Part shown: piece by piece, positions 58,063-64,000 of the stretch | Position numbering within the stretch: the stretch's first letter is position 1 | Layout of the letters: every line of letters starts with the position of its first letter | IMG/VR virus record: IMGVR_UViG_3300023109_000021 | Coordinates: 6,803-70,802 of that record | DNA from: a virus | DNA length: 64,000 nucleotides | Direction: 5' to 3' (one strand) | The notes under the pieces: model-generated | Databases searched by the model: none | Told to the model about the DNA's origin: nothing | Seen by the model: only the letters and a program-made list of their open reading frames with translations | Position numbers and translations under genes: made by a program

Positions 58063-58938
58063 ATGGCAAACAACACTAAAGCAATAAATATAAAAATAAC
58101 AGAGTCTGCACCTGGAGCAGGACCTTTTAATATACTAGACGAAAGTGGAAATGTATTAAAAGGCGATGTGTCTCTAGATGAGCTAGTGTCTGGTATTGCT
58201 TTAAATGTACCTGAAAATGATATTAGTATATCAATTACTTCCTCTGGAAATTGTATGTTTGAGCAATATGTACCATTAAAAGAAATAGAGAATGAAGATT
58301 GGGTAAACTCTGATTATACAACAGCTATAACAGGATGCCTCTGGACACATTTAAAAGACACATCTATATATAATTACTACTATGGAAACATCGAACCTTA
58401 TATTATAGAGTATCCATTTTCTTATACATATCATGATGAGATATTACAGAATGTAAAAGACTACAGTAAAGTTTATAATTATCTACCAGAGGCTTCAGGA
58501 TCTTTTGATATAAATAAAAAGATACAAGTTGACAACCAATGGTTTAATAAAGCTGTTTTATATAATGGTCAACAATCAACAGGTGTATTAAATCTAGTAC
58601 CAAAACCTGAAAATAACTTATCGTCTTATATGCAGTACCCTATTTTAAATACTGATAGTAAAACTATTACCTACGCAAAGACAGATAGCTTTTATCAATA
58701 TAATACATTTTGGGCTCTTCAAAAAAATGATGAGTTACCTTTGTTCTTAAGTTCATGTAAATCATTATCTTTAGACAAGGAGGTTAATCAGACTAATATG
58801 GATTACGGATCTAGATCATTTAGAAAGTCTCCACTTAGAGCTAAGAATTTAAAAGTTAGACACATACTTGACAACAGGTCAACAACACATATAGTAAGTC
58901 AATTTATAATCACACCATCACAAATATCATATAAGTAA
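58063..58938 (+). CDS. muzzle C-terminal part fused to a repeated ~70-aa N-terminal domain
   Basis: LW.H...YYG...PYIIEY, FNKAVLYN.QQSTG.L.L and LRAK...VRHILDN. Confidence 0.7.
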   Translation: MANNTKAINIKITESAPGAGPFNILDESGNVLKGDVSLDELVSGIALNVPENDISISITSSGNCMFEQYVPLKEIENEDWVNSDYTTAITGCLWTHLKDTSIYNYYYGNIEPYIIEYPFSYTYHDEILQNVKDYSKVYNYLPEASGSFDINKKIQVDNQWFNKAVLYNGQQSTGVLNLVPKPENNLSSYMQYPILNTDSKTITYAKTDSFYQYNTFWALQKNDELPLFLSSCKSLSLDKEVNQTNMDYGSRSFRKSPLRAKNLKVRHILDNRSTTHIVSQFIITPSQISYK

Positions 58939-61900
58939 TGGCAAAAGGTTTATCAGCAGCAAAAGCTAAAAAGATACTACAAGATGGTTACGTAAAAGGT
59001 AAGCCTCTCACAGCAAAGCAAAAGAAATACTTTGGAGCTATTGCTAGTGGAGCTACGCCTTTGAAAGCAATTGATGGAGATGGTGTAGATAAAGCACAAT
59101 GGGGTAAGATATTAAAGTGGGGAAAGGATATGTATCAAGGTTCTAAGAAGTTAAAAAAGGTGGATAATTTTGAATTTAAAAGTTTACCAACTATTGAGAA
59201 AAAACAATTTATGAAAGTTGTAGATGGTGAGTTTGATACAATTGATTATGATCATCTCATACCTACAACACAAGAAATTTCAGATCTAGCAACTAAAACT
59301 AGAAGCAGATTAATGTCTGACAAGTTTATAAAAAATAACATGGAAGCTACTGGACGTAGCAAAGATGAAGTAGTTAGTTATGTTGATGATTATATAAAAG
59401 AGTTTGAAAATTCTACTCTTGCTTTTGATAAAACACCAGATGGAGCTGCTGGTTTATATAATCGTGGTAAAATTACTATAGACCCAAGAAAACCTCACCT
59501 TACCAAAGAAAATGTATTAGGAACACTTGAGCATGAAATAGAGCACATGTTTAGTAATGTAGGTCAACAAGGAAGTGATTTATATAGACACCCAAAATTT
59601 AAACTTGTTGATAGAACAGGAATGCCTGACGAAAATCTTGTACAAAACATGGGTCAACCATTTGAGCAACAAGTAAGGTTTAGAAAAGCACTTGGTTGGC
59701 TAGAAAAAAATGCAGGATTAAAGGTAGGAGATAATGTAACAGATGAACAAGTTGAGGCACTTACAGATGCAATAGCTAATTGGTCAAAAGAACAAGGAAA
59801 AGACTTCAGAGGTTCAGGTGCAAATTTTGATATTCAACATTTATTTTCAAGTTTAGATGCAGAACAATTTTTAAAACCAGGTCAGTATCTAATGCCTAAT
59901 GCCCCAAGAACTGCAAATTTAAAAAACAGTAATGTTAGACAAGGAATAAAAGATATTTTAAATAAAACATATGCTGCCGCAGCTGTAGGGGGATTAGGAG
60001 CAGCTTCTCAAATGGGACCTAAACAAGAAGATGGTCAATTTAAGAATGGTGGTTGGTTAGATAAGTTTGCTATGGGAGGAAGTCTTCCAGGTGCATCAGG
60101 TATGATGTATTCACGTAACTCTGGTTCTTCTGCAATGTCTCCTCCTAACCTTACTAAAGCTCAAGATGGAACAGTAGAATATGGTACACCTGAATATAAA
60201 AAAGCATATGAGGAAGGTACATTTGCTGATGTTCCTAATCAACTAGATGAAGTAGTAATGTACTCAGGGGTAGACTATGAGAAGTATCCTTACTATAATG
60301 ATTTAAGTGCAGAGCAAAGAAAATACTTTAAGGATGATGGTCCTATAGGGAGAGGTGTAAGAAGAGCTGCTTATACAAAAAGAGGACTTGCTGAGGATAC
60401 GTATGATGTTGTTAATCCTTTAATGTATGGAATGTTAGGTCTTGCTGGAGGTATGATGGCTGCTCCAAGTATAGCAACATTAGGTAGAGCAGCAGCTGTT
60501 CCAATTGGAAGAGCACTAAGCTATAAACCTTTTGGAGGCCCTGTAAGCATAGGTAGAACAATAGATGTAGGTAGTGCTGCTTATGCTGCTTATAATACTC
60601 CTGAAGCATATGATAAATTCAAAGAAAATCCTAGTTTTGATACAGGGTTAGATCTTGGTTTAACAGCAATGGATATGATTCCATATAGTGAAATATTTAC
60701 AGGAGGTAAAAATATTAAAAATTTATACAATAAAGGTAAAAACTTAGTTACAAAAACTCCTACTCCAGATATATCTAATGCTATTGATGCTTCAATAGAT
60801 CCTGGAATTAAATCAAACCTTATAAGATTTGGTCAGGATGTAATGGATACTCCTAAAGCACAAATTAGAGCTAGTGAGACATTCAATAAAGATTGGTTTA
60901 ATAACCCTGAGATTATCAGAAGAACAGAAGAGATGCTAAATCAACCTAGCACCCTAAGATCTGGTATGAGTGAGACTGAGATTCTTCAAGATATTAATAT
61001 GTATAATACAATGCTTGATAAAACTCCTAACTTACCAGCGAACTTACAGGCTAAAATTAAAGACAATCTAAAAGATTTAAATGCTGGATTAGCAAAAAGA
61101 AATCTTGAAACAGTACAACAGAAAGGAAGATTTACAGAGGTGTTTGATGAGAATAATTTAAGCCATCAAGAGATGGCTTTACATTATGATGAAAACCCTA
61201 GAACCTTAGGATTATACAAAGGTAGTACAAATCAAGCATCAGTTAACTTAGAACGTATAAAAGAAAAAGCAAGGGATGTTGGTTCAGTAATTACACATGA
61301 AGACCTGCATGCAATTACAGCAGGTAAATCAGGGTATACAGATGAAGCTAAAGACATATTAAACAGTGCAGTAGGTAAAGATCAAGAGTGGTGGCTTAAT
61401 AAAATAAACACAACAAAAGATCAAAAAAAGAGAGGAGAGTTAATTGATCAATTAGAATACTTAGCAAGACCTCAAGAGATACATGCTAGAGTACATGAGC
61501 TCAGAAAAGCTTTTAATTTAAAACCTGGTCAAGAAGTTAATCCTTCAAAAATTGAAGCAATAATGACTAAAGGGTTAAAAGGAGAAACTCCTGTTGATGA
61601 AGGTTTCTTTAGATTATTAGGTGATAAAGAAAACTTTAGAAAGATATTTAACAAGCTTCCAGCATACATACCAGCAGCTGTAGGACTTGGTGCTGCTTCA
61701 CAAAATAAGAATGGTGGCGATGTGGAGAAAGCGCAATGGGGTAAACTATTAAAGCTTGCAAAGAAGTACGGAAATAAACTATTTGACTTTTCAAAACCAG
61801 CTGCTAAAGTAGATAATACACCTAGTCTTAAGTATACAGGTGATGTTGATATGGATATGGATGTGTTTAATGCAAAAGCTAAAGTTGCAAATGATACTAG

Positions 61901-63503
61901 AAAAGAATATAAAAAAGTCCAAAAGAATATAAAAGATGGAGAAGCTTGGAAGTATGAGACTGATGCATTAGAAAAGTTAGAAGCTAAATCTAAATTTTTA
62001 GATGAAACAATTCATTTTCCTTTTTCTGATAATTCTTCTGATGTTTACACAAACTTAACTAGATACAATCTTTCAGATTATTTAAAGAAGGGACTTGATA
62101 AACGATTTGGTACTATTGGTAATGATTATACAACTGGATATGGTCATAGAGCATTAGAGTATAAGACAAACTATTTAAACGATTATTTTAAAAACTACAG
62201 AGTGGGACTACCAGATGGTTCAACTGTTCCATATGGAAAACTTGATGGAAGTGTGGAAATAGACCCATCTTCTTTTAATAGTTCAGATGAGGTTATGGAA
62301 GAGCTTAGGAGACTGGCACAAACAAGAATGGGTGATCAGTTTGATAATGCATTTGAAAAAACTTCTAGAATAGATTTTGGAGACTTACTAAAAAATAAAA
62401 ACCGTAATGGTGGTTGGTTATCTAAGTATGAGAACGGTGGTGTGATAGAAGATGATAGAGGACAATGGGCACACCCTGGAGAGGTAACTAAAATAAACTC
62501 CAACAATATAACGATGAAGGGTGTTAACTACCCTGTCCTTGGAATATCTGACACTGGTGACAAGAAGATGATGCAGCCAGGTAAAGATTACAAGTTTAAT
62601 GGTAACTCTGTTACAGAGTACCCTATGGCACAGGATGGACTTAAAACTAAAGTTCCAGATCCAACACCACAAATAAACTTTATGAAAGACTGGGCAAGCT
62701 CAGCTATGCATAATAAAATGTTAGATGCTAGTTCTAGCTCAGATAAATTTAAAAATAAAGTTAAGGGTGCAAGAACTAACTTTGATGATGTAACTATAGG
62801 TATGTTTGATGATCCAGGATACTTAGGACTATATAGTAATAGTAACATAAGAATGAATCCATCTTTATTAGAAGAAGCTCCTATAGGAAATGGTTATAAT
62901 AGCATCTTAACTCATGAGTTATCTCATTATACAGATGATGTAAACCCTTCAAGTTCTTATTTTAAAGGATATAATATTCCTTTATCTGATCAAAAATTAA
63001 TTAAAGATTATTCAAAGAAAGGTATCAAGCGTGCAAAAGCAGAGGAAAAAGAACTTAATAAGTTATTAAAATCTGAAAACATGAAACCTAACAGTAAAGA
63101 TGTAATTAAAGAAAGAGTCAAGCGTTTAAAATATTTAGGTAGCCCAACTGAAACAAGATCAAGAATAAATGCTACAAGATATTTTTATGAAAATGATAAG
63201 AACTTTGGTAGGAGTAGTGAAAGAAACGCAGAAAAAAACTTACCTAGTATATTTGATTCAGAGGTAACTCCTGACATGATTAAAGTTATGCAAGAGAGTG
63301 GTCAGTATAAGCAGTTACAAGAATTATATAATGATGATCAAATACTAGAAATGTTTAATACCATATCAGATAACAGTAAGTCTTCTGACCCTTCTAACAT
63401 GGCATATGCAAAAGAGGGAGAATCTTTGGTAGCCTTAGATCAATTAACTAACTTTACGAACTATAACACACCACAACCAGGCGGCTGGTTAGACAAATAC
63501 TAA
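58938..63503 (+). CDS. putative virion cargo (ejection) protein with three HExxH zincin-like domains
   Basis: Follows the muzzle gene; HEIEH (59532), HEDLH (61296) and HELSH (62913); repeated KAQxG and GGWLxK(F/Y) motifs. Confidence 0.7.
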   Translation: MAKGLSAAKAKKILQDGYVKGKPLTAKQKKYFGAIASGATPLKAIDGDGVDKAQWGKILKWGKDMYQGSKKLKKVDNFEFKSLPTIEKKQFMKVVDGEFDTIDYDHLIPTTQEISDLATKTRSRLMSDKFIKNNMEATGRSKDEVVSYVDDYIKEFENSTLAFDKTPDGAAGLYNRGKITIDPRKPHLTKENVLGTLEHEIEHMFSNVGQQGSDLYRHPKFKLVDRTGMPDENLVQNMGQPFEQQVRFRKALGWLEKNAGLKVGDNVTDEQVEALTDAIANWSKEQGKDFRGSGANFDIQHLFSSLDAEQFLKPGQYLMPNAPRTANLKNSNVRQGIKDILNKTYAAAAVGGLGAASQMGPKQEDGQFKNGGWLDKFAMGGSLPGASGMMYSRNSGSSAMSPPNLTKAQDGTVEYGTPEYKKAYEEGTFADVPNQLDEVVMYSGVDYEKYPYYNDLSAEQRKYFKDDGPIGRGVRRAAYTKRGLAEDTYDVVNPLMYGMLGLAGGMMAAPSIATLGRAAAVPIGRALSYKPFGGPVSIGRTIDVGSAAYAAYNTPEAYDKFKENPSFDTGLDLGLTAMDMIPYSEIFTGGKNIKNLYNKGKNLVTKTPTPDISNAIDASIDPGIKSNLIRFGQDVMDTPKAQIRASETFNKDWFNNPEIIRRTEEMLNQPSTLRSGMSETEILQDINMYNTMLDKTPNLPANLQAKIKDNLKDLNAGLAKRNLETVQQKGRFTEVFDENNLSHQEMALHYDENPRTLGLYKGSTNQASVNLERIKEKARDVGSVITHEDLHAITAGKSGYTDEAKDILNSAVGKDQEWWLNKINTTKDQKKRGELIDQLEYLARPQEIHARVHELRKAFNLKPGQEVNPSKIEAIMTKGLKGETPVDEGFFRLLGDKENFRKIFNKLPAYIPAAVGLGAASQNKNGGDVEKAQWGKLLKLAKKYGNKLFDFSKPAAKVDNTPSLKYTGDVDMDMDVFNAKAKVANDTRKEYKKVQKNIKDGEAWKYETDALEKLEAKSKFLDETIHFPFSDNSSDVYTNLTRYNLSDYLKKGLDKRFGTIGNDYTTGYGHRALEYKTNYLNDYFKNYRVGLPDGSTVPYGKLDGSVEIDPSSFNSSDEVMEELRRLAQTRMGDQFDNAFEKTSRIDFGDLLKNKNRNGGWLSKYENGGVIEDDRGQWAHPGEVTKINSNNITMKGVNYPVLGISDTGDKKMMQPGKDYKFNGNSVTEYPMAQDGLKTKVPDPTPQINFMKDWASSAMHNKMLDASSSSDKFKNKVKGARTNFDDVTIGMFDDPGYLGLYSNSNIRMNPSLLEEAPIGNGYNSILTHELSHYTDDVNPSSSYFKGYNIPLSDQKLIKDYSKKGIKRAKAEEKELNKLLKSENMKPNSKDVIKERVKRLKYLGSPTETRSRINATRYFYENDKNFGRSSERNAEKNLPSIFDSEVTPDMIKVMQESGQYKQLQELYNDDQILEMFNTISDNSKSSDPSNMAYAKEGESLVALDQLTNFTNYNTPQPGGWLDKY

Positions 63504-63507
63504 TAAT

Positions 63508-64000
63508 ATGAAAGCTGAATTTTTAAAAATAGCAGGCGTTAAGTCTGAAGCAGAGTTTTACAAGAAGTTTCCTACAGAGGAAGCCTTTATGAAAAAGCAT
63601 GGTAAAGCTGTAAAGAAATCTATAGTTAAGGCACAAGTTGGTCAGCTTATTCCCAACAAGCAAACTCCAACAGGTAATACTAATCCTACTCGTATAGACG
63701 AAGCATTTTTGTTTGATACAGTAGCTGGATTAACTGGTAAGAAGAACTATGAAGATACTATGAAAGATATGCAAGCTCAAGCTGCTATACAACCAGCACA
63801 GCAATCTGGTGGTGGAGGAGGAATGGGTGGCATGATGGCCATGTTACCTCAACTAATGTCAATGATGGGTGGTGCAGAAGGCGCTGGTGGTGCTGGTGGT
63901 GGTGCTGGTGCTGGTGGTGCTAGTGGTGTAGGTCTTGGTAAACGTGGTAGTAAGATTAGTAAAGCACAAGGTGGTGATGCACTTACTCCTTCTTGGGACA
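63508..64000 (+). CDS. putative cargo protein, truncated by the window end (not in ORF track)
   Basis: MKAEFLKIAGVKSEAEFYKKFPTEEAFMKKH...KAQVG...Gly/Ala run...KAQGG; frame stays open to 64000. Confidence 0.75.
   Translation, partial: MKAEFLKIAGVKSEAEFYKKFPTEEAFMKKHGKAVKKSIVKAQVGQLIPNKQTPTGNTNPTRIDEAFLFDTVAGLTGKKNYEDTMKDMQAQAAIQPAQQSGGGGGMGGMMAMLPQLMSMMGGAEGAGGAGGGAGAGGASGVGLGKRGSKISKAQGGDALTPSWD

Noticed and set aside
25414-62848. Minus-strand ORFs in the right arm, including Val-rich ones such as 46386-46574 and 56481-56717
   Set aside because: They are antisense to structural genes; the poly-Val is simply the reverse complement of the Thr runs.
63865-63935. GGTGCT/GGTGGT tandem repeats
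   Set aside because: They encode a Gly/Ala low-complexity linker within the last ORF.
1-64000. Stop-codon reassignment, known in some crAss-like phages
   Set aside because: Genes are long and tightly packed under the standard code, and TAG and TGA both end genes at sensible positions (for example 34600, 40181, 13716).
1-64000. CRISPR array, tRNA genes, DGR/retron reverse transcriptase, integrase, introns or inteins
   Set aside because: I saw no spaced direct repeats, no cloverleaf with a T-loop consensus in intergenic DNA, and no RT or recombinase motifs; PolB and TerL appear uninterrupted. This was a manual inspection only.

Overview
This window is part of an AT-rich crAss-like (Crassvirales-type) bacteriophage genome. 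The host is probably Bacteroidota, judged from TAnnTTTG promoter boxes and A-rich leaders without a Shine-Dalgarno. It reads in the standard genetic code. Two divergent arms meet at a largely non-coding, stem-loop- and G-tract-rich region at about 22.6-23.9 kb. The minus arm (1-23.6 kb) carries small early-type genes, a spore-photoproduct-lyase-like radical SAM enzyme, family B DNA polymerase, DnaB-like and SF2 helicases, a Sak4-like ATPase, primase, an NDP-sugar epimerase, an atypical uracil-DNA glycosylase, rIIA/rIIB, an HNH nuclease and a 5'-3' exonuclease. The plus arm (23.9-64 kb) carries terminase, portal, major capsid, ring/hub/fibre/muzzle proteins and the start of the virion cargo genes. 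The most unusual features are four. (1) A 1521-aa putative cargo protein is built from cassettes bounded by short KAQxG and (N)GGWLxKY motifs, three of them carrying HExxH zincin motifs. (2) The tail region uses a modular decoration toolkit: one ~70-aa domain in six copies, a larger domain shared four times across three proteins, Thr-rich linkers, a Nal1-like protease and a split muzzle gene. (3) The phage SplB homologue has a CX3CX4C motif. (4) The UNG has Cys in place of the catalytic Asp. All calls come from motif recognition and gene order by eye; no database searches were run.
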